Shown: positions 1 through 11,916 of the stretch, in pieces | How the letters are laid out: every line of letters starts with the position of its first letter | Numbering within the stretch: position 1 is the first letter of the stretch | From: Macrostomum lignano | Lineage: Eukaryota | Assembly: GCA_002269645.1 (NCBI GenBank) | Contig: NIVC01002297.1 | Coordinates: 121,935-185,934 of the forward strand | Direction: 5' to 3' | DNA: 64,000 bases | Position numbers and translations under genes: made by a program | Notes under the pieces: model-generated | The model's database searches: none | What the model saw: only the letters and a program-made list of their open reading frames with translations | Told to the model about the DNA's origin: nothing

Positions 1-1170
1 CCATTCTATTTATCACATTGGCTATAGTCCTATAGATTAGCAATCCATTCTGTTTATCACATTGGCTATAGATTAGCAATCCATTCTATTTATCACATTG
101 GCTATAGATTAGCAATCCATTCTATTTATCACATTGGCTATAGATTAGCAATCCATTCTGTTTATCACATTGGCTATAGATTAGCAATCCATTCTGTTTA
201 TCACATTGGCTATAGATTAGCAATCCATTCTATTTATCACATTGGCTATAGTCCTATAGATTAGCAATCCATTCTGTTTATCACATTGGCTATAGATTAG
301 CAATCCATTCTATTTATCACATTGGCTATAGATTAGCAATCCATTCTGTTTATCACATTGGCTATAGATTAGCAATCCATTCTATTTATCACATTGGCTA
401 TAGTCCTATAGATTAGCAATCCATTCTGTTTATCACATTGGCTATAGATTAGCAATCCATTCTATTTATCACATTGGCTATAGATTAGCAATCCATTCTA
501 TTCTGTTTATCATCACATTGGCTATAGATTAGCAATCCATTCTATTCTGTTTATCCCATTGGCTATAGATTAGCAATCCATTCTATTCTGTTTATCACAT
601 TGGCTATAGATTAGCAATCCATTCTATTCTGTTTATCACATTGGCTATAGATTAGCAATCCATTCTGTTTAACACATTGGCTATAGATTAGCAATCCATT
701 CTGTTTAACACATTGGCTATAGATTAGCAATCCATTCTGTTTAACACATTGGCTATAGATTAGCTATCCATTCTGTTTAACACATTGGCTATAGATTAGC
801 TATCCATTCTATTTATCACATTGGCTATAGATTAGCAATCCATTCTGTTTAACACATTGGCTATAGATTAGCTATCCATTCTATTTATCACATTGGCTAT
901 AGATTAGCAATCCATTCTGTTTATCACATTGGCTATAGATTAGCAATCCATTCTGTTTATCACATTGGCTATAGATTAGCAATCCATTCTGTTTATCACA
1001 TTGGCTATAGATTAGCAATCCATTCTGTTTATCACATTGGCTATAGATTAGCAATCCATTCTGTTTATCACATTGGCTATAGATTAGCAATCCATTCTGT
1101 TTATCACATTGGCTATAGATTAGCAATCCATTCTGTTTATCACATTGGCTATAGATTAGCAATCCATTCT
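1..1170. repeat. 36-bp minisatellite (CCATTCTGTTTATCACATTGGCTATAGATTAGCAAT)n in the last intron of the Rab8-like gene; truncated by window start
   Basis: Direct 36-bp periodicity; the 12-aa repeat in ORF 881..1375 reflects it. Confidence 0.97.
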
Positions 1171-1181
1171 CCCAACCGCAG

Positions 1182-1400
1182 CTCGCAGCAGAATACCAGC
1201 TGCGTTTCCTAGAAACCTCGGCCAAGTCCGGTTCGAACGTGGAGGAGGCGTTCTTCCTGCTAGCCAAGGGCATCAAAGCCAAACTGGATGGGAAGCGATC
1301 AGCGCCAGGCGCGGCCAGTGGCGCCGCCTCGTCAGAGCAGCGCGGCGGCAAACAGCGCCAACGAGAGAGCGGCAAGAAGTTTCGGTGCGAAATTTTATAA
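1182..1400 (+). CDS. RAB8: Last coding exon of a Rab8/Rab10/Sec4-family small GTPase
   Basis: After acceptor CCGCAG (AG at 1180-1181) reads LAAEYQLRFLETSAKSGSNVEEAFFLLAKGIKAKLD...KKFRCEIL*. Has the G5 ETSAK motif and a CaaX-type C-terminus like Rab8 (FRCVLL). AATAAA at 1548-1553. Not in the ORF track. Confidence 0.88.
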   Translation, partial: LAAEYQLRFLETSAKSGSNVEEAFFLLAKGIKAKLDGKRSAPGAASGAASSEQRGGKQRQRESGKKFRCEIL

Positions 1401-1867
1401 ATTTTTGCTTTCTGCCTGTTGCTGTGACAACCGGCTGAAAGTAAATCTAACCAGTTTTATTATCATATTTGCATTTGTTGCTACGCTGCGTTGCTTAATT
1501 ATCAATTAATACTTGAGACTGTTTTGAATGGCTCACTATCTAACCTCAATAAATTATATTTTTTCCAAGCTGGTTAAGAAAAAGTTTTTTTACTACTTTA
1601 TAAAATTATTTCATCATTCGTATTTGGCTACTTCTTGTCAGTAGCGTTTTGTGATCAAAGTTTGTTATGTGAATTTTTAATCTTTTATTGATTTCATTTT
1701 CGCTGGCTATGAAAGCTTGAGATGATATCTTAGTCGTTTGCGATTTTTATTGTTGATATATTTGATTATTTTTGTACAGAAAGCTTTTACGCTTCTCAAA
1801 CTTTACTTGAGGTATTTTGGTCGCTGAAGCACCGCTGTCACCTGCCCACATCCTCCCTCAGTTACTA

Positions 1868-2437
1868 AGCCAGCCTCCCAGATCCTCAGTTGCTGGGCCA
1901 GCCTCCCAGATCCTCAGTTGCTGAGCCAGCCTCCCAGATCCTCAGTTGCTGGGCCAGCCTCCCAGATCCTCAGTTGCTGGGCCAGCCTCCCAGATCCTCA
2001 GTTGCTGAGCCAGCCTACCAGATCCTCAGTTGCTGGGCCAGCCTCCCAGATCCTCAGTTTCTGAGCCAGCCTCCCAGATCCTCAGTTGCTGGGCCAGCCT
2101 CCCAGATCCTCAGTTGCTGGGCCAGCCTCCCAGATCCTCAGTTGCTGAGCCAGCCTCCCAGATCCTCAATTGCTGGGCCAGCCTCCCAGAGTGTCAGTTG
2201 CTGGGCCAGCCTCCCAGATCCTCAGTAGCTGGGCCAGCCTCCCAGATCCTCAGTTGCTGGGCCAGCCTCCCAGATCCTCAGTTGCTGGGCCAGCCTCCCA
2301 GATCCTCAGTTGCTGGGCCAGCCTCCCAGATCCTCAGTTGCTGAGCCAGCCTCCCAGATCCTCAGTTGCTGGGCCAGCCTCCCAGATCCTCAGTTGCTGG
2401 GCCAGCCTCCCAGATCCTCAGGTGCTGTGCCAGCCTC
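1868..2437 (+). repeat. 28-bp minisatellite (GGGCCAGCCTCCCAGATCCTCAGTTGCT)n, copy 1 of 3 in the window
   Basis: Direct periodicity; same unit at 47189..48130 and inverted at 50040..50390. Confidence 0.97.
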
Positions 2438-2938
2438 TAAAAATGTGACCTAGTGTTTCACCCACTTTTGTTATGTTAAGTCGTTTAGCTGAACACTGAT
2501 TGAACTCAGTAGTGGATTGAAGTGCTATTGATTATTCTAAACTTCAGCAGTATTTCTGTAGTAAAAAGAATATTTTAACAATAAGTCAACTGCATCTTTT
2601 GACGTACGTCTTAAGCGTACTACAGACTCAATTTCTGTCGTAATTTATGGTTGCTTTATATTTTTATACAATCATTGTATCTGTGTTAAGATGATAGATC
2701 CTTAGTCAATATATTCTCCTATTCGCTAATTATTCTTTATAGGTATTCCAGTTATATAACAGAGAAAGTTATAGAGTGTCGGATATGTAATCTTGTCCTT
2801 TTTTAAATGCAATAAATTAGCCATGTAAATCGGATCATTTCTATTTCTAATTTTGTCGAAAAAAATTACTGCTTAAAGTTTTTTTGTTGGATATAGTTTT
2901 CTTGTTTAAGTTCAGATGGAGATAGCCATTTAGCGTGA

Positions 2939-5900
2939 GGTCCGATGTACATTCAGGAGAGAGAGAGACTATAGTGTGTGGGATTGGGTCCGATGTACAT
3001 TCAGAATAGAGAGACTATAGTGTGTGTGGGATATGGTCCGATGTACATTCAGAATAGAGAGACATAGTGGGTGTGGGATTGGGTCCGATGTACATTCAGA
3101 ATAGAGAGACTATAGTGTGTGTGGGATATGGTCCGATGTACATTCAGAATAGAGAGACTATAGTGGGTGTGGGATTGGGTCCGATGTACATTCAGAATAG
3201 AGAGACTATAGTGTGTGTGGGATATGGTCCGATGTACATTCAGAATAGAGATACTATAGTGTGTGTGGGATATGGTCCGATGTACATTCAGAATAGAGAC
3301 TATAGTGGGTGTGGGATTGGGTCCGATGTACATTCAGAATAGAGAGACTATAGTGGGTGTGGGATTGGGTCCGATGTACATTCAGAATAGAGACTATAGT
3401 GGGTGTGGGATTGGGTCCGATGTACATTCAGAATAGAGAGACTATAGTGTGTGTGGGATATGGTCCGATGTACATTCAGAATAGAGAGACTATAGTGTGT
3501 GTGGGATATGGTCCGATGTACATTCAGAATAGAGACTATAGTGGGTGTGGGATTGGGTCCGATGTACATTCAGAATAGAGAGACTATAGTGGGTGTGGGA
3601 TTGGGTCCGATGTACATTCAGAATAGAGAGACTATAGTGGGTGTGGGATTGGGTCCGATGTACATTCAGAATAGAGAGACTATAGTGTGTGTGGGATATG
3701 GTCCGATGTACATTCAGAATAGAGATACTATAGTGTGTGTGGGATATGGTCCGATGTACATTCAGAATAGAGACTATAGTGGGTGTGGGATTGGGTCCGA
3801 TGTACATTCAGAATAGAGAGACTATAGTGGGTGTGGGATTGGGTCCGATGTACATTCAGAATAGAGACTATAGTGGGTGTGGGATTGGGTCCGATGTACA
3901 TTCAGAATAGAGATACTATAGTGGGTGTGGGATATGGTCCGATGTACATTCAGAATAGAGATACTATAGTGGGTGTGGGATATGGTCCGATGTACATTCA
4001 GAATAGAGATACTATAGTGGGTGTGGGATTGGGTCCGATGTACATTCAGAATAGAGAGACTATAGTGGGTGTGGGATTGGGTCCGATGTACATTCAGAAT
4101 AGAGACTATAGTGGGTGTGGGATTGGTTACGATGTACATTCAGGAGAGAGAGAGACTATAGTGGGTGTGGGATTGGGTCCGATGTACATTCAGAATAGAG
4201 AGACTATAGTGTGTGTGGGATATGGTCCGATGTACATTCAGAATAGAGAGACATAGTGGGTGTGGGATTGGGTCCGATGTACATTCAGAATAGAGAGACT
4301 ATAGTGTGTGTGGGATATGGTCCGATGTACATTCAGAATAGAGAGACTATAGTGGGTGTGGGATTGGGTCCGATGTACATTCAGAATAGAGAGACTATAG
4401 TGGGTGTGGGATTGGGTCCGATGTACATTCAGAATAGAGATACTATAGTGTGTGTGGGATATGGTCCGATGTACATTCAGAATAGAGACTATAGTGGGTG
4501 TGGGATTGGGTCCGATGTACATTCAGAATAGAGAGACTATAGTGGGTGTGGGATTGGGTCCGATGTACATTCAGAATAGAGACTATAGTGGGTGTGGGAT
4601 TGGGTCCGATGTACATTCAGAATAGAGAGACTATAGTGTGTGTGGGATATGGTCCGATGTACATTCAGAATAGAGAGACTATAGTGTGTGTGGGATATGG
4701 TCCGATGTACATTCAGAATAGAGACTATAGTGGGTGTGGGATTGGGTCCGATGTACATTCAGAATAGAGAGACTATAGTGGGTGTGGGATTGGGTCCGAT
4801 GTACATTCAGAATAGAGAGACTATAGTGGGTGTGGGATTGGGTCCGATGTACATTCAGAATAGAGAGACTATAGTGTGTGTGGGATATGGTCCGATGTAC
4901 ATTCAGAATAGAGATACTATAGTGTGTGTGGGATATGGTCCGATGTACATTCAGAATAGAGACTATAGTGGGTGTGGGATTGGGTCCGATGTACATTCAG
5001 AATAGAGAGACTATAGTGGGTGTGGGATTGGGTCCGATGTACATTCAGAATAGAGACTATAGTGGGTGTGGGATTGGGTCCGATGTACATTCAGAATAGA
5101 GATACTATAGTGGGTGTGGGATATGGTCCGATGTACATTCAGAATAGAGATACTATAGTGGGTGTGGGATATGGTCCGATGTACATTCAGAATAGAGATA
5201 CTATAGTGGGTGTGGGATTGGGTCCGATGTACATTCAGAATAGAGAGACTATAGTGGGTGTGGGATTGGGTCCGATGTACATTCAGAATAGAGACTATAG
5301 TGGGTGTGGGATTGGGTACGATGTACATTCAGGAGAGAGAGAGACTATAGTGGGTGTGGGATTGGGTCCGATGTACATTCAGAATAGAGAGACTATAGTG
5401 GGTGTAAGATTGGGTACGATGTAGATTCAGGTGAGAGAGAGAGACTATAGTGGGTGTGGGATTGAGTCCGATGTACATTCAGAGTAGAGAGACTATTAGT
5501 GGGTGTGGGATTGGGTCCGATGTACATTCAGAATAGACTATAGTGGGTGTGGGATTGGGTACGATGTACATTCAGGAGAGAGAGAGACTATAGTGGGTGT
5601 GGGATTGGGTCCGATGTACATTCAGGAAAGAGATACTATTAGTGGGTGTGGGATTGGGTCCGATGTACATTCAGAATAGAGAGACTATAGTGGGTGTGGG
5701 ATTGGGTCCGATGTACATTCAGAATAGAGACTATAGTGGGTGTGGGATTGGGTCCGATGTACATTCAGAATAGAGAGACTATAGTGGGTGTGGGATTGGG
5801 TCCGATGTACATTCAGAATAGAGAGACTATAGTGGGTGTGGGATTGGGTCCGATGTACATTCAGAATAGAGAGACTATAGTGGGTGTGGGATTGGGTCCG

Positions 5901-6830
5901 ATGTACATTCAGAATAGAGACTATAGTGGGTGTGGGATTGGGTCCGATGTACATTCAGAATAGAGAGACTATAGTGGGTGTGGGATTGGGTCCGATGTAC
6001 ATTCAGAATAGAGAGACTATAGTGGGTGTGGGATTGGGTACGATGTACATTCAGAATAGAGACTATAGTGGGTGTGGGATTGGGTCCGATGTACATTCAG
6101 AATAGAGACTATAGTGGGTGTGGGATTGGGTCCGATGTACATTCAGAATAGAGACTATAGTGGGTGTGGGATTGGGTCCGATGTACATTCAGAATAGAGA
6201 CTATAGTGGGTGTGGGATTGGGTACGATGTACATTCAGAATAGAGAGACTATAGTGTGTGTGGGATTGGATCCGATGTGTACATTCAGAATAGAGAGACT
6301 ATAGTGGGTGTAAGATTGGGTACGATGTAGATTCAGGTGAGAGAGAGAGACTATAGTGGGTGTGGGATTGAGTCCGATGTACATTCAGAATAGAGAGACT
6401 ATAGTGGGTGTGGGATTGAGTCCGATGTACATTCAGAATAGAGAGACTATTAGTGGGTGTGGGATTGGGTCCGATGTACATTCAGAATAGAGAGACTATA
6501 GTGGGTGTGGGATTGGGTCCGATGTACATTCAGAATAGAGACTATAGTGGGTGTGGGATTGGGTCCGATGTACATTCAGAATAGAGAGACTATAGTGGGT
6601 GTGGGATTGGGTCCGATGTACATTCAGAATAGAGACTATAGTGGGTGTGGGATTGGGTCCGATGTACATTCAGAATAGAGAGACTATAGTGGGTGTGGGA
6701 TATGGTCCGATGTACATTCAGGAGAGAGAGACTATATTGGGTGTGGGCGTCGGATGTGTCCGATGTACTCGTACATTCAGGAGGGAGACTATAGTGGATG
6801 TGGGATAGGGTCCAATGTACATTCAGAATA
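2939..6830. repeat. 46-48-bp satellite (GAGACTATAGTGGGTGTGGGATTGGGTCCGATGTACATTCAGAATAGA)n with a 1189-bp higher-order duplication
   Basis: Direct periodicity; identical pseudo-ORFs recur at a 1189-bp offset (3049/4238, 3348/4537, 3490/4679). Confidence 0.97.
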
Positions 6831-7193
6831 TGCCTGCCATTTGAAACAAAAATCAATAAACAGAGCTCAATGTTGGACACTGTTCTTTCTGCTGCGAACA
6901 AAAGCGATCGCATAATGGTTGGGCAAAAAAGGTGCGTAGCACGGTATTTAAAATAAATACAGCATGTATTTTTTCTTTTTCGCTAGGCTCACAGTTTTAT
7001 ATATAATTGAAAGTGTAAATATGGCATTCAAATTACTTGTGCTAAGAAAAAGGTCGGCAAATGTAGAGCGCTATAAAATAGTGGTCACAGCAAAAGAGAA
7101 AAGTTACTTGGACGTATTGTTTTTGTGTGCAGATAATTTGGTTTACTTTGCTAAGAGGCTATTATAAGTTCACTACACTGCTCTCACTTTATT

Positions 7194-7536
7194 TGACGCT
7201 TAGTCTTCACCACATCTGACGCTTAGACCTTGACACGTCTGACGCTTAGACCTTGACACATCTGACGCTTAGACCTTGACACATCTGACGCTTAGACCTT
7301 GACACATCTGACGCTTAGACCTTGACACATCTGACGCTTAGACCTTGACACGTCTGACGCTTAGACCTTGACACGTCTGACGCTTAGACCTTGACACGTC
7401 TGACGCTTAGACCTTGACACGTCTGTCGCTTAGTCTTCACCACATCTGACGCTTAGTCTTCACCACATCTGACGCTTAGTCTTCACCATATCTGACGCTT
7501 AGTCTTCACCACATCTGACGCTTAGTCTTCACCACA
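7194..7536. repeat. 23-bp minisatellite (TCTGACGCTTAGACCTTGACACA / TCTGACGCTTAGTCTTCACCACA)
   Basis: Direct periodicity with two unit variants in blocks. Confidence 0.95.
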
Positions 7537-7822
7537 TTAGATGATTAGTCCGAAGCACATCTGACACTCGTACAACAACAAAATTCTGGGATTATAATAC
7601 AGCACATCAGTAATACTGATCCAAAAAAGCAATGACAAAAATCGCTTCAATGTGCAGCAGGCTTTCTGTGTTCAAAACGCGAGTTAACATCGATCGATGC
7701 AGAACGCGAAGTTAATAACATTGTTTTTAAATCTGCTGTTTTTAGTCCTGATTTTTTATACTTCTGAAAAAGCTTCACGAATTAATTTATGCTAACAAAA
7801 GCATCGTTTCAAAAACATCTAC

Positions 7823-8090
7823 TTAGTCATCAGGATCATATTCGTCTTCGTCTTGAAAATCTTCATCTCTTAATGGGATTTCGTCTTCGAATTTTGCTGC
7901 TCCTTGAGGTTGCTGTTCTTGTTGCTGTTGTTGATGTTGTTGTTGCTGTTGGTGTTGTTGCCAAGTCTGCCTGTGAATTCTAGCATGCCTAGTGATCATG
8001 TCTCTCCTGCAGGCCGTATAGGAGCACAGCTGGCATCTGTACGGTTTTTCTCCAGTATGTGTTCGCAGATGCGTGTTCAGATGATCGGAC
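7823..8090 (-). CDS. klu: Klumpfuss/EGR-like C2H2 zinc-finger gene, last exon (exon 4)
   Basis: Reads (R)[39 protein letters not shown] + polyQ + acidic tail + TAA. TGEKP linker; CRRDMITRH finger characteristic of Klumpfuss; acceptor ATCGCAG phase matches exon 3. Missed by the ORF track. Confidence 0.85.
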
Positions 8091-8131
8091 CTGCGATGTC
8101 AAATATTTTTAGCCAAATTTGCTTGAAACAC

Positions 8132-8149
8132 GTTAGTTAGTTAGCTAGC

Positions 8150-8220
<71 letters not shown>

Positions 8221-8305
8221 CTAGCTAGTTTGTTAGTTAGTTAGTTAGTTAGTTAGTTAGTCAGTTAGTTAGTCAGTTAGTTAGTTAGGTAGCTAGCTAG
8301 TTAGG

Positions 8306-8357
<52 letters not shown>

Positions 8358-8389
8358 CAGTTAGTTAGTTAGTTAGTTAGTTAGGTAGC

Positions 8390-8456
<67 letters not shown>

Positions 8457-8541
8457 CTAGCTAGTTTGTTAGTTAGTTAGTTAGTTAGTTAGTTAGTCAG
8501 TTAGTTAGTCAGTTAGTTAGTTAGGTAGCTAGCTAGTTAGG

Positions 8542-8605
<64 letters not shown>

Positions 8606-8687
8606 CAGTTAGTTAGTTAGTTAGTTAGTTAGGTAGCTAGCTAGTTAGGTAGTTAGTTAGTTAGTTAGTTAGTTAGTTACTTAGTTA
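8132..8687. repeat. (GTTA)n / (CTAA)n tetranucleotide microsatellite in the last intron of the zinc-finger gene
   Basis: Direct. Confidence 0.98.
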
Positions 8688-10088
8688 AATCAAAATGCGA
8701 CCGTGCAAAGGAATCGAACCAGAGTACGAAATGCATTAACCGCAGGGCTAATCTGCCCCTTGCCACCTTGAAAAAGTAGTATCAACTGTATTGGTATCGA
8801 ATTTATATAAGCAGTCAATTTTTTGGCAACTACGAGCTAAAACCAACTCAGCAGGCGGAACCATTTGTTAGAAAAACACACAGCAGCTTACCGACTCTGA
8901 CACCGAAATGTCACGCTTACTGACACTGATGCCTCCAACGTGCTAGCTTCTAGCTTAGCGCCGGAGTCTGGGCTCAGACTACTGAATCGTCAGTCAGGAA
9001 AGACAGGGATGGGATGAGCAGAATTCCTTTCCTTGGGGGAGTTAGCAGTCCATAATTCTGGCAGTCGTTCTCTCCTCCCATCAGGTCTCTCTGGGACTGA
9101 CTGGGGCTGCGGCTAAGCCATGAGTGCACTGTATAGGAGGCTGAGGCTCCAAAGCTTTCAAACCCCTAGATTTCCTAGGCTATCAAGCTAAAGCCTGGCG
9201 CACAGGCCTCTGCGAAATTGTCTTTGAGCTGAGACAAAACGGGAACTATAGTAATAAGTGCGCCTCGCGAGTTGGGCAATGGAGAACAGCTTGGAATATC
9301 GCCACAAATGGAAATTCGCGCATAGACAAACAGCTTTTTTTCTAGATATTCAATTTCTATCAGCTTTGTACTTTTATAGTGCACAATTGTCTGCTTGAAA
9401 AGTTCATTCTATTGAAATGACAAGTCATTGTTCAGGGAAAGGCAAATGCACTTTTGTAACGTCACAAGGCTTGTAAAATCGAATCCCGATCTAAGAATAA
9501 ATCTAACTTTGAATATTTTATGCACACCCCGCTCAAAACCTTTTATTCGGGCGGAAATTAAACATCTAAGCTTAATCCCTCTGTAATCTACCTGATGGAT
9601 GGATTGAAAGCTGATTAAATCCGACCGACCCGATTCCTGCTATTCTCCTTGCAAGTCTATTAAAAGCATTCTTTTCAACTTTATACGTTGTTAGTTAACT
9701 TTAAATTTAGTATGGCCTCCTCTATTGATGACGATAATTGCAGTTATTATTAATTCGTTCGCGAAATCGTCCATCAGGAATGCGTCTATCGATCTATATC
9801 TGAATTGCGTGTCTGCATCATCTACAAATGGCCAGGGAATTTCTTTGGGTACTCCGTGTTAGGCCTGTAATAGTTCATTAAGCTTATTAAATGCATTGAC
9901 TTGTATCGTGAATACAACCCACATTTTCGAGGGGGGGGGGGTTGGGGGTTGTCGTGCAACTCACAGCCAAGAGGGCCAACCCCCAAGGCGCGGAGAGTGT
10001 GCCTGCCCGACGATTAGAAAGTCAGGGTGGCTGTACCACCCTGCGTGAGCGGGTGCATGTGCTCTGAGTTATTGAATCGATTGCTTAC

Positions 10089-10314
10089 CTTGAAAATGCC
10101 TGGTTGCACAGAGCGCACTCGTACGGCTTTGTCCCGGTGTGCACCCGCAGGTGCCTGTTGAGCATGTCGGACCTGTTGAAATACCTGGGACACAGGTGAC
10201 AGGAAAACTGTCTGGATTCAGCCTGACTAACGCTGCAGCTGGCGGTTCCGCCACTACTGCTGGTTGATTCTGTCAGCTGTTGAGTTTCCTTTGTCTCCGA
10301 TGCAGATTGAGAGG
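10089..10314 (-). CDS. klu: Klumpfuss-like gene exon 3 (finger 1 and start of finger 2)
   Basis: TTTCAG acceptor and GTAAGC donor; reads ...[41 protein letters not shown](R); phase 1 in, phase 2 out. Confidence 0.88.
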
Positions 10315-11131
10315 CTGAAAAGTGTTTAGCAGAAGGAATTGCTCACTTTGAGCTTGTTCTCTTCACATTTAAAGCTCAATTTAAAGTCTTGGCAAGAAGT
10401 TAGGTCCTTAGCTATAAGCGTAAGCTAATTTAGCCTAAGGATTTGTACCGAAATTTTAGTTGCTCAGCTTTCTGCTTAGTGTACTTTTTCTAGACCGATT
10501 AGTTTAACTCTACCAGCTTTGTTGCCAGCCAGAAGGAGGTCATAATTACAAAGAAAATAGCGGTAAAACGGCCTTAAAAATCCAATGATAATTATGGATG
10601 AGATGACGCGAGATACTAGTGGAAAGACCTGACAGCAGGTGTTTCCTGAAAGCACCCTTCAACTGTGGATTGAAAATAGACATACAGTGTAGGCCTGTAG
10701 CCTGTAATTGCCATTCCCCCTGTACCTCTCGTCTCAGCTGTCACTCTGCTGTTCTGGAACCCTTTGAGAATTTCCTAGGACTTTACTTTTATGATACAGG
10801 GTCTGCTCCGCTCTTATTGCGCACCGTTCTGCACTCTTCTCTTACAGAAGTGCCTTTTGACCGTTTCCACTTTTTTTGGGCAACTCTATCGGACTCGAGT
10901 GATCGATGCTTCCTTGTTTTTCTTCTGCATTGAATCTCCAGGTTAACTATAGGGAAAGTCGGGGTCCGACGCGGTGCTCTCACTGCTCCACTTTAATTTG
11001 TTTAATTGCGCAGGCATGCATTCATCAAATTAAATGTATGGATTATTGTCTTGGATCAAAGTAAGCCCATGACGCAAATTTGAGTTTCGAAGCTTATCGA
11101 CTAATTGTACTTTTATAATCTGAAAGCTTAC

Positions 11132-11819
11132 TTTCTCTGCGACGTCGAATCGGCTGCTCCATAGGTTCTTCCTTAACTGTTACAGATTGTGACTTCGTTT
11201 CATGCGGATGCGGATGTTGTTGATGCGGATGTTGCGAAGGATACGGGTGTTGTGGAGGATGCGAATGTTGTGAAGGCAGTGGATGTTGTGACAGATGCGG
11301 ATGTTGTGGAGGATGCTCATGTTGTGGAGGATGCGGATGTTGTGACGGATGCGGATGTTGTTGATGCGGATGTTGTTGATGCGGATGTTGTGAAAGATAC
11401 GGGTGTTGTGGAGGATGCGGATGTTGTGAAGGGAGTGGATGTTGTGACAGATGCGGATGTTGTGGAGGACGCTCATGTTGTGGAGGATGCGAATGTTGTG
11501 ACGGATGCGGATGTTGTGGAGGATGCGGATGTTGTGGAGGATGCGGATGTTGTGGAGGATTTGGATGTTGTGGAGGATGTGGATGTTGTGGAGGATGTGG
11601 ATGTTGTGGAGGATGTGGAAGTTGTGGAGGATGCGGATATTGCGAATGAGGATGCTTTTGTGGGTGTGGATGCTGGGACGAATGTGGATGCGAACGTGGC
11701 GGCGGTGGCGGCGGTGGCGGCATCGGCGGAAACACAAAGTGCGGATTCGGGGCAACTGACGTTCTCGGCTCGCTCAGGCATCGGGCAGTCCGGCTCCCAG
11801 ATGAGGATTCCCGCATGGG
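11132..11819 (-). CDS. klu: Klumpfuss-like gene exon 2, Pro/Gln/His-rich repeat region
   Basis: ORF 11094..11816 frame; acceptor GGTTTCAG (phase 0); donor GAAA|GTAAGC (phase 1) joins exon 3 in frame. Confidence 0.75.
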
Positions 11820-11916
11820 CTGAAACCGATTTATTGAATTTTGAAATCTGCGATTGTCAACTTATGAACTTATTTTGGATTGAATAGGACAAATTTTTCA
11901 ATTGCCCGCAGTTCAC

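Noticed and set aside
3049-6808. Many short ORFs on both strands
   Set aside because: Products of the 48-bp satellite unit
10600-10940. Possible CR1/L2-type LINE remnant on - (ETVKRHFCKR, AFRKHL)
   Set aside because: Similarity too short and fragmentary to support without a search
11189-11887. 232-aa Asp/Val/Ala-rich ORF on +
   Set aside because: Antisense shadow of the PQH-repeat exon, which has phase-consistent splice sites on -
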